A DNA stretch of 62,780 nucleotides from a virus. Taxonomy: Duplodnaviria; Caudoviricetes. Under the pieces are notes generated by a model that saw only the letters and a list, made by a program, of their open reading frames with translations, searched no databases and had not been told where the DNA came from. The position numbers and the translations under genes were made by a program. Below are positions 1-7,730 of this stretch, piece after piece. Every line of letters starts with the position of its first letter. The stretch's first letter is position 1. The DNA lies in IMG/VR virus record IMGVR_UViG_3300007609_000001, positions 1 through 62,780 of that record; one strand, written 5' to 3'.

Positions 1-123
1 ATAGCCGACTCACGCGAGGTGGGCTCCTGCATGTACTGCGCCGACCACTGAAATGAGGGCATAGACGCCTTAGTACGCAGCAACGACTTAACTGGCCACT
101 GCTCCGGCCACAGCGAGATGTAC
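1..123. repeat. 123-bp direct terminal overlap (identical to 62658-62780); circular assembly junction
   Basis: Sequence atagccgact...gagatgtac occurs at both ends and lies inside terL, whose frame continues across the junction. Confidence 0.95.
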
Positions 124-968
124 TTCTGCTCCTCGGGCGCGTCGTGAGGTACACCTTCTTTCTCAAAAAGTGCAGGAAATTCAATGACTTCCCACTGATC
201 TGAGTCCTCGTTACGCACCATGTCGGACTGCAAGCGGCCTATTAGGTCTTGTTCTGCCCAGCGTGTAGCCACCACCGCGACAGAGCCCTCGGGCATCAAA
301 CGTGTCCGCGCACCGTAGGCATACCACTCGTAGGCTTTAGTAAAGACCTCAAAATTCCCATTAAGCACGTCCTGCTCGTTGTGGGGATCATCAATGACGA
401 GCAAGTGCGCACCACGACCGGCGATGGCACCACCGATACCCACAGCGAAGTACTCTCCATCCTTGTTAGTTGACCACCGCCCAGCGGATTTACTGTCTGC
501 GGAGAGCTTTACATCAGGAAAAATCTTTTGGTAATCAGGCGAGTTGACAAGGTTTCGCACCTTACGACCAAAATCTACCGCCAAATCAGCGGTATGTGAG
601 ACCATCATGATTTTTTTATCAGGCCAGTTGCCGATAAACCACGCCGGAAAGAAGATTGAGGTCAGCTGAGACTTACCAAACCGGGGGGCGATAGACACTG
701 TAGCCCGATCTTTGCGCCCATGCGCTAAGTCTTCAAGGACTTTTGCCAATTTGCGGTGATGGGGCCCGATTTTATAGTCCGGCATCATAAGTTTTGCAAA
801 GTCTAAGAGCGAATTTCGTGCTTTTTCAGACCTTTTACGCTCTTCTAGTTCTTCTACGACATCTAAGAGCTGCGCTTGCTCGCCCGGAGAGAACTTATGC
901 AGGTTCTGCAGGAGTACATTGAGCTCTTCTTGAGTAAATGCCTTCTTAGTCGGCGCTGAAGATATCAT
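1..968 (-). CDS. terL: Terminase large subunit, N-terminal ATPase part (joins 62657..62042; 527 aa in total)
   Basis: Manual translation from ATG at 968: MISSAPTKK...VSIAPRFGKSQL (Walker A)...AGRGAHLLVIDDPHNEQ (Walker B); 968+616 nt = 528 codons. Confidence 0.92.
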   Translation of the reverse strand, partial: MISSAPTKKAFTQEELNVLLQNLHKFSPGEQAQLLDVVEELEERKRSEKARNSLLDFAKLMMPDYKIGPHHRKLAKVLEDLAHGRKDRATVSIAPRFGKSQLTSIFFPAWFIGNWPDKKIMMVSHTADLAVDFGRKVRNLVNSPDYQKIFPDVKLSADSKSAGRWSTNKDGEYFAVGIGGAIAGRGAHLLVIDDPHNEQDVLNGNFEVFTKAYEWYAYGARTRLMPEGSVAVVATRWAEQDLIGRLQSDMVRNEDSDQWEVIEFPALFEKEGVPHDAPEEQKYISLWPEQWPVKSLLRTKASMPSFQWSAQYMQEPTSRESA

Positions 969-1569
969 CAGGTGTTACCTTTTGTATCAACTCAACCGGA
1001 TCAGGCTTGTCATTGTCCTCAGAGACCACTGTTGCGTCCACCACCTCGCCGTCGATCAGGCGTGTAAGCTTATTACGCAGCAGATTCTCAAGCTCCTCGG
1101 TACTCTGATGCTTGTGTGTGACTTCTTGGCGCTCGGTGAACAGCCCCACATCGGTAATCTTACCCAGTAGCTCCAGCGCTCGCATGCGGATTTTTGGGTC
1201 GTCGTCGTTTGACTCTTCTAGCAGACGGTTTGTGACGTATGTCCGCACCTGCTGGGCATCATCTATAATTAGGTGGTCATACTCGCTGAGCATTGCGTTG
1301 AGGTGCCGCATGACATTAGGCAGTTTTTTCTCATACGAAGTCGGCACGCGAGCGGACGAGAAGAGGTCTCGTGCGCGGTTTTCATCTTCCTCGGTTTTTT
1401 CTGTAGAAATTTCTGGGTCGCCTAGTATCTCCAGAAAGTCAGCTGTGGTGGCTGCTGCGTGGATTTCTTCGCGCGTACCTAGTGGTTTTTGTTTCTCCAT
1501 AGGCACACCCGACTCTACCGCAGGGATAATGTCGGTCTCTTCGTCGTTGATGAGAAACTCAAGCGCCAT
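946..1569 (-). CDS. terS: Probable terminase small subunit
   Basis: 207 aa, directly upstream of and overlapping terL; RMRALELLGK...GLFTERQEVTH resembles small-terminase C-terminal helices. Confidence 0.65.
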   Translation of the reverse strand: MALEFLINDEETDIIPAVESGVPMEKQKPLGTREEIHAAATTADFLEILGDPEISTEKTEEDENRARDLFSSARVPTSYEKKLPNVMRHLNAMLSEYDHLIIDDAQQVRTYVTNRLLEESNDDDPKIRMRALELLGKITDVGLFTERQEVTHKHQSTEELENLLRNKLTRLIDGEVVDATVVSEDNDKPDPVELIQKVTPDDIFSAD

Positions 1570-1571
1570 AG

Positions 1572-1754
1572 TTACTCCAAGCTATATTTATCGCGACACC
1601 GAGCACACGCCCCGCGAACTAAACGGGGGCTGGCTTCTCCGCACCACTCGCACTCACCGGGTTCACCTTTTGGCATCGGCGGGCGCGGTCTACGCATAGC
1701 AGCTTCTTGCATGCGCTCTAAATAGTCGTTAGCGATGTCAGCTTCATCTGCCAT
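1572..1754 (-). CDS. TraR/DksA-family C4 zinc-finger protein
   Basis: MADEADIAND (DxxDxA) plus CEWC...CARC; GGAGAG RBS before the ATG at 1754. Confidence 0.8.
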   Translation of the reverse strand: MADEADIANDYLERMQEAAMRRPRPPMPKGEPGECEWCGEASPRLVRGACARCRDKYSLE

Positions 1755-1778
1755 AAATCTCTCCAAGGTCCTCGGGAC

Positions 1779-1806
1779 TATATAGAACATAGTATACCCG
1801 ACGCAA
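1779..1806 (-). promoter_or_regulatory. Candidate late-arm promoter TTGCGT-N16-TATATA
   Basis: Upstream of the first - strand gene; same -35 hexamer as the candidate at 55445-55473. Confidence 0.35.
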
Positions 1807-2015
1807 GAAACTCACGGGTCCCTCTGCTGAGAAAGGGGGTGGGGGTGTTTTTAGAGATGTGCGTTGAGAATTAAGAGAGGGGTGGGGGTACTTTGAAAAT
1901 TTTGCAAATCGTTCGTGCAAATTGGCATGTATATAGAGTTGAGCGCGCCGCGCGTTTTTAGGGGGGTGGGGGGTCGCGCATAGACCAGCGCAGAATCGCC
2001 AAGGGGCGGGGTTAC

Positions 2016-2045
2016 TTGACAAAACATGGCAGAGCGTGGTAGGCT
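2016..2045 (+). promoter_or_regulatory. sigma70-like promoter TTGACA-N18-TAGGCT with extended -10 TG
   Basis: Sequence match to the consensus. Confidence 0.5.
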
Positions 2046-2137
2046 CGCGCGTCGTTAGATCGCGCGGTTCGTTATGCGGGACAATGCCAGCCTGCCAGCC
2101 TGCCCATTCGTCTAATTAGACGTTTCGTTGATGTGGT

Positions 2138-2166
2138 TTGACTTGTCAGGCTAGATCATGGATAAT
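2138..2166 (+). promoter_or_regulatory. sigma70-like early promoter TTGACT-N17-GATAAT
   Basis: Near-consensus hexamers, 17-bp spacer, upstream of gene 2229. Confidence 0.7.
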
Positions 2167-2228
2167 TGATTCCGTGGTGGGGCAATCCTGCCCGCCACAA
2201 ACTGAAACTGAAAATGAGGGATTACATC

Positions 2229-2762
2229 ATGAGCACGAAGAAAGAGATTATCATCACCATTCGCAAGCATGGGCAGAAGATCGAACAGCATAATGCCGCG
2301 CTCGACGGGCGTGTAGCCGCTAGCGAGTTCGATACCGCATCTGCCGCGCAATCTACGCTCAACGCTAAATTGTGCATGAACTTGCTAGCAGGCAACGTTG
2401 ATCCGGCAATTAAGAAAGCCGCCGCCGAGCGCGGCGAATTGCGCAAGCTAATGCCGAGCGCAAGTAATGCTGATATCAACGCTATCAAGGTATGCGCGGG
2501 CATGGCGGCGACGGCATTGCGCAAGGGATGGCAGGAGCACGTAGACAGCGTGAAGCGGGTTCACGGCGTAACCCTGCAGGCATTGGCGAAAAGCGTAGCG
2601 GAAAAGAAGCCCGCGACTACGCCATTCAAGGAGCGCTATGTGCAGGCATGGGGCAAGCTGTACCAGCACGAGCGCGACCTAGCTAATCTGGAAGAACTCA
2701 AGGCCTTGTACAATCTTGCGATTGACGCGGGTTGGGTCAACCCGGATGAAGCGGATCACTAA
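2229..2762 (+). CDS. Hypothetical early protein (177 aa), monocistronic
   Basis: MSTKKEII start with GAGGG RBS; has its own promoter and terminator; flanked by two palindromes. Confidence 0.75.
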   Translation: MSTKKEIIITIRKHGQKIEQHNAALDGRVAASEFDTASAAQSTLNAKLCMNLLAGNVDPAIKKAAAERGELRKLMPSASNADINAIKVCAGMAATALRKGWQEHVDSVKRVHGVTLQALAKSVAEKKPATTPFKERYVQAWGKLYQHERDLANLEELKALYNLAIDAGWVNPDEADH

Positions 2763-2784
2763 TCGTCTAATTAGACGCTAACCT

Positions 2785-2812
2785 AGCCCGGCCTTGTGCC
2801 GGGCTTTTTTTT
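2785..2812 (+). terminator. Rho-independent terminator
   Basis: AGCCCGGC-cttgt-GCCGGGCT followed by a T run. Confidence 0.85.
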
Positions 2813-2859
2813 GTCCGCACGAAGCTGGCGCGCCCCCGCACCGCGCGCAATGTTTTTTC

Positions 2860-3423
2860 TGACCGTACCGTGACCGTTCCCGGTGGCGTAACAGTAATGG
2901 GCACTAACAGTGAAAGGCTTTATGACCGTACCGTGACCGTTCCCGGCAACAGTGACGGGCAGTTGAGGGCATTGTGACCGTAGGCGGCAGGCAGTTGAGA
3001 GCGTTGAAAGTGTCTAATTAGACGAAGTTTAGCGTGTTCTGGTATGACCGAACACGGGAAAGCTAAGCAGGGCGCGGGTTTCCGAGATATGCAAGTGGGC
3101 GTGTTCCGTCCATGTTCTGTCAGACCGAACACCGGAAAGCTAGCAGTGGCGCGGGTTGTTCCTAGATTAGAGTTAAGATTCAGTAGTTATTACTATCTAT
3201 CTATCTATCTATCATCACGCACTTCTCCGCTCAGCCTTGCCCGTCTGCCCTTTGCACGCGATTTACCCCTTCTCATGATCCAAAGCAATTCTCACATACA
3301 AAAAATTTCTTAACTAACCCATTGTTCTGCAACGATTTTCCTTGTTCGCTCCTACCGGAACAAATCCCACTTTATTTTTCATAACCCATTGTTTACAGTG
3401 ATGTTCCCTTGTTCGCTCCGACC
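2860..3423. repeat. Cluster of direct repeats in a non-coding region
   Basis: 24-bp TGACCGTACCGTGACCGTTCCCGG at 2860 and 2923; ~45-bp imperfect pair 3035-3080/3113-3157; ~42-bp imperfect pair 3315-3356/3382-3423; (CTAT)n near 3193. Confidence 0.8.
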
Positions 3424-3844
3424 CCTTCAATTCTCCCACTTACTCTCCCACTTGTCGCAACCTATAACCTTGTTTTCATTGCCTTTTTAGCTTTCGCCGT
3501 GACACTTTTTCCAAACGCTATTTAACATAATATAGACTAGCTTGCAGAGTTAATTCACATCCCTCTCCGCTCCCTTCTGCAAAACCACGTCAGGGCAGAA
3601 CACGCTAAGCCTTGCCGTGATTCGTCTAATTAGACAATTTACTCCATCGCCACTTAGCCCCACTTAGCCCTTATTCCCATTTGACTCGCCCGCCCTCGAT
3701 CTCCCACCATTTTCACCGATCTGGCTTGACTCGACATTACAGATCGCCAATATCAGGGCGAAACATCTCAGACCCTACCAACAATGTAATGCGCTCATGT
3801 TCCGTGTTTTCACCGCTTGCTCCCACCGGCTACACTTATCCCGT

Positions 3845-3873
3845 TTGACATCTCAAGCTAGGTATGCTATACT
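3845..3873 (+). promoter_or_regulatory. Strong sigma70 early promoter TTGACA-N17-TATACT with extended -10
   Basis: Near-perfect consensus ahead of the early gene array. Confidence 0.85.
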
Positions 3874-3953
3874 ATAGGCTCAGGCTGGGAGAAGCCCATG
3901 CCTGACATCCCAACCTTTAAGCAAACCGTCTAATTAGACGAAAGGAGAATGAC

Positions 3954-4292
3954 ATGAAAGACTTTACTTACAATGATGACGGCAACCTCGTGCCGCTTGG
4001 CACTTGTATCGAGGGCACGTTTCGCCCGCAAGACTTACTCCCTGCGTTCGTGAATCTGATCGACTTTGTCGCTCCGGCAGTATCAGCGCAAATTATGGTT
4101 AACGGCGGGGCTATCCCTGCCTACGCCGGTGAGGACGACGATCACCCGTGGTGGGAGAGTGAGGACTGCCAGTTTTGCATCGAGGAGATGTTTGACACGC
4201 TTAACGACTACGCGCCCGAGGGCTATTACTTCGGTGCCCATCCGGGCAACGGCAGTGACTTTGGGTTTTGGGAAATCAACGAGATCGTCTAA
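3954..4292 (+). CDS. Hypothetical acidic early protein
   Basis: 112 aa, AAAGGAG RBS, C-terminal GYYFGAHPGNGSDFGFW; the stop codon is the TAA inside a palindrome. Confidence 0.8.
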   Translation: MKDFTYNDDGNLVPLGTCIEGTFRPQDLLPAFVNLIDFVAPAVSAQIMVNGGAIPAYAGEDDDHPWWESEDCQFCIEEMFDTLNDYAPEGYYFGAHPGNGSDFGFWEINEIV

Positions 4293-4312
4293 TTAGACGA
4301 AAGGAGAATGAC

Positions 4313-4486
4313 ATGAGTATTGCAAGACAAGCGACGAACAAAGTAGTTGAGCTGGCCGAGGAAGGCATCCTTAACTGGGAGACTATCGCCAAGTGCTGCC
4401 TGTCCTACATGAGCGAGGACGATGTGCGAGACATGGCTGAGTGTGAGGGTTTGATCGACGAGGAGGACTTTGAAGATGAAGATTGA
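4313..4486 (+). CDS. Hypothetical acidic protein (57 aa)
   Basis: Same leader as gene 3954 (GTCTAATTAGACGAAAGGAGAATGACATG). Confidence 0.75.
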   Translation: MSIARQATNKVVELAEEGILNWETIAKCCLSYMSEDDVRDMAECEGLIDEEDFEDED

Positions 4487-4745
4487 AACCGTTGATGACT
4501 TCCGCGAAGCACTCGACGCGGGTGCTTATGTATGGCCGGGTGGGTACCCAATGTTCTTCATTGCCAGTGATGGTATGGCGCTGTCATTCAGCGCCGCTGA
4601 AGAAAACCGTGCGGAGATTGAGGACGCCCTAGAACGGCATGATCCGAGCGGTGGCTGGCTACTAGAGTACGCTACCGTGAACTGGGAGGATGACAACCTC
4701 CACTGCGCGCACACCGACGAGAAGATCGAGTGTGCTTACCCATAA
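4476..4745 (+). CDS. Hypothetical protein
   Basis: MKIETVDD...WPGGYPMFF; GAGGAGG upstream; overlaps the previous gene. Confidence 0.75.
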   Translation: MKIETVDDFREALDAGAYVWPGGYPMFFIASDGMALSFSAAEENRAEIEDALERHDPSGGWLLEYATVNWEDDNLHCAHTDEKIECAYP

Positions 4746-4808
4746 ACCCTGAATTTTCGGAGGTTGACTCCGAATTTACCGTCTAATTAGACAATTAAAA
4801 GGAGACCA

Positions 4809-5036
4809 GTGATGAATAAATCAGTTGTAGAAGCAACAGAGTTTAAGTTAGGCAACGACGAGGCTGCCCTAGTGATTAGCCCTGATAGTGTGAAGTTAGT
4901 CACGCCGGAGAAGGGCGACGACGAGGTAGTCACGCATAACGTGCAGTTCGCCGTGATGATGGCATACCTGCTGAGCACCGATGCTGAGTGGGTGAAGAGT
5001 GTAATTAAGCGATTCGAGGAGAGTTCCAATGACTAA
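4809..5036 (+). CDS. Hypothetical protein
   Basis: AAGGAG RBS after palindrome 4781. Confidence 0.7.
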   Translation: MMNKSVVEATEFKLGNDEAALVISPDSVKLVTPEKGDDEVVTHNVQFAVMMAYLLSTDAEWVKSVIKRFEESSND

Positions 5037-5346
5037 ACGTGTAGCAAATAAAGACGCCCGTGCCTATGTACGCCAGCGTGAAGAGTTCGAGGGTAGTAAT
5101 ACCTTTTCGATGTGGTACTACCAGCCAAAGATGTACGTGGTGTACTCATACGGCACTCACTGGCCGCTGTTTATCTATGCAGATGGTAAGTGGTACGAGA
5201 ACGCTGAGAAGTACAGTCCATCCACAAGTAAGCACCACTCACAACTTCACCCGCTATGCGAGACTGAGAAGCGTAATGCGCTAGATATGAAGTTGATCGC
5301 TGAATATGGTGTCGCTGAGTGGATGGCACGGAGACTGGCGGCCTGA
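5029..5346 (+). CDS. Hypothetical protein
   Basis: 105 aa, overlapping and probably translationally coupled; YVVYSYG...YSPSTSKH. Confidence 0.75.
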   Translation: MTKRVANKDARAYVRQREEFEGSNTFSMWYYQPKMYVVYSYGTHWPLFIYADGKWYENAEKYSPSTSKHHSQLHPLCETEKRNALDMKLIAEYGVAEWMARRLAA

Positions 5347-5397
5347 TGGCCGCCTCCTAATTAGGAAAGTGTCTAATTAGACAAAAGGAGTACAGTG

Positions 5398-5691
5398 ATG
5401 TTTGTAACCGACAAGATAGACACCGCCGTGCGTGTCACGCGCATTGAGCTGAGTGCCGATGACTGGGAGTTGTTCGACGACGCTGGCGGCGAGCGTGCAG
5501 AAGGTGCGGCGCGAGTGCTGAATAAAAAACTCACCGTCTGCGTGAACAAGGGACTCTCGCGTGAGGAAACCCGAGCGGAGATGGAGCTGCAGCTAAAACG
5601 CTATGAGGACTACGGCGCGACGGATACCGAGCCTCGCAATGTGTTGAGTATTTTGCTGGATAAATGCTACCCGCCGGAGTGGAGGTGCTGA
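5398..5691 (+). CDS. Hypothetical protein
   Basis: GGAGTACAGTGATG initiation region after two palindromes. Confidence 0.7.
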   Translation: MFVTDKIDTAVRVTRIELSADDWELFDDAGGERAEGAARVLNKKLTVCVNKGLSREETRAEMELQLKRYEDYGATDTEPRNVLSILLDKCYPPEWRC

Positions 5692-5711
5692 TATGAGTAA
5701 GGAGGCGAACA

Positions 5712-6104
5712 ATGATGACTAGCGCAGCACTATGCCTAGCATTGGCATTGTATTACGAGGCACGAGGCGAGCCGTTCGACGGGCAGTTAGCGGTGGCTGA
5801 GGTGGTGATGAACCGTGTCGAGAGCGAGCGGTTCCCTGATGATGTGTGTTCAGTTGTCACGCAAGGCGGTGAGCACCGTGATCAATGCCATTTTAGTTTT
5901 TACTGCGACGGCAAACCCGAACGCCCCGGCGATATGATCGCATGGCAGAAAGCACAAGACTTAGCGCAATGGGTGATTGCAGGAGAGGTGACGCTCGGCG
6001 TGCCTGCGACGCATTACCATGCTGAGTATGTGCATCCGTTCTGGGCAGATGAGTATGAGTACCTTGGGCAACTAGGACGACACAAGTTCTACGCTCAGAA
6101 GTAA
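5712..6104 (+). CDS. SleB-like cell wall hydrolase (Hydrolase_2)
   Basis: CLALALYYEARGEP...AVAEVVMNRV...FPDDVC...CHFSFYCDG...ATHYHA...HKFY. Confidence 0.88.
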   Translation: MMTSAALCLALALYYEARGEPFDGQLAVAEVVMNRVESERFPDDVCSVVTQGGEHRDQCHFSFYCDGKPERPGDMIAWQKAQDLAQWVIAGEVTLGVPATHYHAEYVHPFWADEYEYLGQLGRHKFYAQK

Positions 6105-6120
6105 CCGTCTAATTAGACAG

Positions 6121-6783
6121 ATGGGAGTAAATGAAATGGAAGTAGATATTAACGTGCTCAAGGAGCACTACCCCGACGAGTATCAGCGCTACTATGAGGA
6201 GTGGGCCGAGAGCCAGTGGGAGTTCATGGACGAGACTTGGGACTCTGATATGTACCAACTTGCTAAAGAGTGGCTTGAGGGTACCGGATGGGATGTATAC
6301 CTCGCAGAGTACCGGCTGTGCTACTCACAAGGCGATGGCGTGGGGCTTGATGCGTGTTTTGAATATACACACATGAGCGAGGAGAAGCGTAACGAGTTCC
6401 GTGAGCGCTTCCCGATGTGCGCTGAGATGATGCGCCGCGAGATGTTGTGGGTGAGCACTGTCGTGCAACGCCACTACGCTGCATCCCGTGTTGAGTGGGA
6501 AGCTGACTACCCCGGGTCTGAATACATTGACCTTTCACCTGAGCTGTTGATGGGCGGCATCTATGACGGTTTGCCCCTGTTCACTGCGGTGCAGCTCTGC
6601 GAGGAGGAAGGCGAGGACAACGCGGCTGAGTTTTTATACCAAGACATTATTGACGTTGAGTGCCGGCTCTATCGGTGGATGTTAGATGACGCTGAGCATA
6701 GAACCAGCGAGGAGATGTTCATTGAGTGGGCGCGCGATATGGAGGAAGTATTTGAAGTTGAGAAAGATCACGAGGTAGCTTAG
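6121..6783 (+). CDS. Hypothetical acidic protein
   Basis: 220-aa ORF after palindrome 6107; YSQGDGV motif; true start may be the second Met (6136). Confidence 0.7.
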   Translation: MGVNEMEVDINVLKEHYPDEYQRYYEEWAESQWEFMDETWDSDMYQLAKEWLEGTGWDVYLAEYRLCYSQGDGVGLDACFEYTHMSEEKRNEFRERFPMCAEMMRREMLWVSTVVQRHYAASRVEWEADYPGSEYIDLSPELLMGGIYDGLPLFTAVQLCEEEGEDNAAEFLYQDIIDVECRLYRWMLDDAEHRTSEEMFIEWARDMEEVFEVEKDHEVA

Positions 6784-6796
6784 CTACCAGAGGTGA

Positions 6797-6930
6797 GTGC
6801 GTAGTGCCTCGGGTTTTTCATGCCCTAAAACACGCACAGTCGGCACGAGCCATTCCCTCACGGCTGCTTGACGTAGCCGCTTTTCTTCCACTCGGGAACC
6901 GACCGGCTGGCCCACGAGACGGGCTTTTCT
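6797..6930 (+). ncRNA. Candidate structured intergenic RNA
   Basis: Nested stems GTCGG/CCGAC, CGAG/CTCG, CGGCTGC/GTAGCCG with pyrimidine-rich internal loops; flanking hairpins. Confidence 0.4.
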
Positions 6931-6965
6931 ATTCGTCTAATTAGACAATTCAAAGGAGTACAGTG

Positions 6966-7361
6966 ATGGGATATAGAAGTGATGTAGGCATAGCCTTAGC
7001 GTTCAAGACCAAGGGCGAGTGCGATAAGTTTATCATGGCGTACAAGCTCAAAGCGCCTGAGTTCTGGAACGAGATGGTAGTCGGGGCATGGGATCGCGTG
7101 GACGACCGCGTGTTAGTTGGGCACTACGATTGGATAAAGTGGCACCCTATTTATGATGATGTGAAGGGGGTGCTTGACATGATTGATCTGGCGGTCGAGA
7201 GCTGCAACGCTACGTACCGATTTGTCAGGGTGGGCGAGGAGTGCGACGACATCGAGACTATTGAGGAAGATGATAACGCCGATGAAAACACCCCGATGTT
7301 GTGCGACTACGTAGACGTGCGCCGGTCTGTGGATATATCAGCAGGTGAACCGTTAGACTAG
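6966..7361 (+). CDS. Hypothetical protein
   Basis: MGYRSDV...FVRVGEECDDIE; GGAGTACAGTGATG initiation region. Confidence 0.75.
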   Translation: MGYRSDVGIALAFKTKGECDKFIMAYKLKAPEFWNEMVVGAWDRVDDRVLVGHYDWIKWHPIYDDVKGVLDMIDLAVESCNATYRFVRVGEECDDIETIEEDDNADENTPMLCDYVDVRRSVDISAGEPLD

Positions 7362-7368
7362 AACTGAT

Positions 7369-7397
7369 TTGACATTTCAACTCAACTATGAGATAAT
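7369..7397 (+). promoter_or_regulatory. sigma70 promoter TTGACA-N17-GATAAT with extended -10
   Basis: Near-consensus, upstream of gene 7432 and the AAA operon. Confidence 0.75.
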
Positions 7398-7431
7398 AGT
7401 GTTTCACAATAGGAAAACTAGGAGTACAGCG

Positions 7432-7695
7432 ATGACGACTAAAACCAAAGAAGCACCAGCCAACAAGGCGGTGGTTAATATCAATTTCTCAGACTATGTG
7501 TTCCCTATGGAGGATGCGATCACGTTGATGCGTCTGATGGAGAAGGCGGAACGCTACGAGAGGAATTATCGCCCGGAAGAGAATGGCGGTGAGCAGGTCT
7601 ATGTGTGGTCGGGCGTGCCTGAACTGCGCGTGAACCTGATAAGTGGGGATGAGTACCTGCGAGGTAAGATCGCAGGCCACCCCGATTACGAGTAA
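7432..7695 (+). CDS. Hypothetical protein (87 aa)
   Basis: GGAGTACAGCGATG initiation region. Confidence 0.7.
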   Translation: MTTKTKEAPANKAVVNINFSDYVFPMEDAITLMRLMEKAERYERNYRPEENGGEQVYVWSGVPELRVNLISGDEYLRGKIAGHPDYE

Positions 7696-7730
7696 GTGTC
7701 TAATTAGACGATTCAATTAGGAGTACAGCG

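Noticed and set aside
1744-3313. ORFs 1744..2022, 2920..3132 and 3044..3313
   Set aside because: No RBS, run through promoters, G tracts or repeats, atypical composition
3845-3856. FNR/Anr box at early promoters
   Set aside because: The FNR consensus is TTGAT-N4-ATCAA (14 bp); these are 12-bp TTGA-N4-TCAA
4756-4774. TTCGGAG-gttga-CTCCGAA as a terminator
   Set aside because: Real 7-bp inverted repeat but only a short U tract and a single copy; function not supportable
6797-6930. tRNA gene
   Set aside because: No TTCRA T-loop, D-loop or acceptor stem
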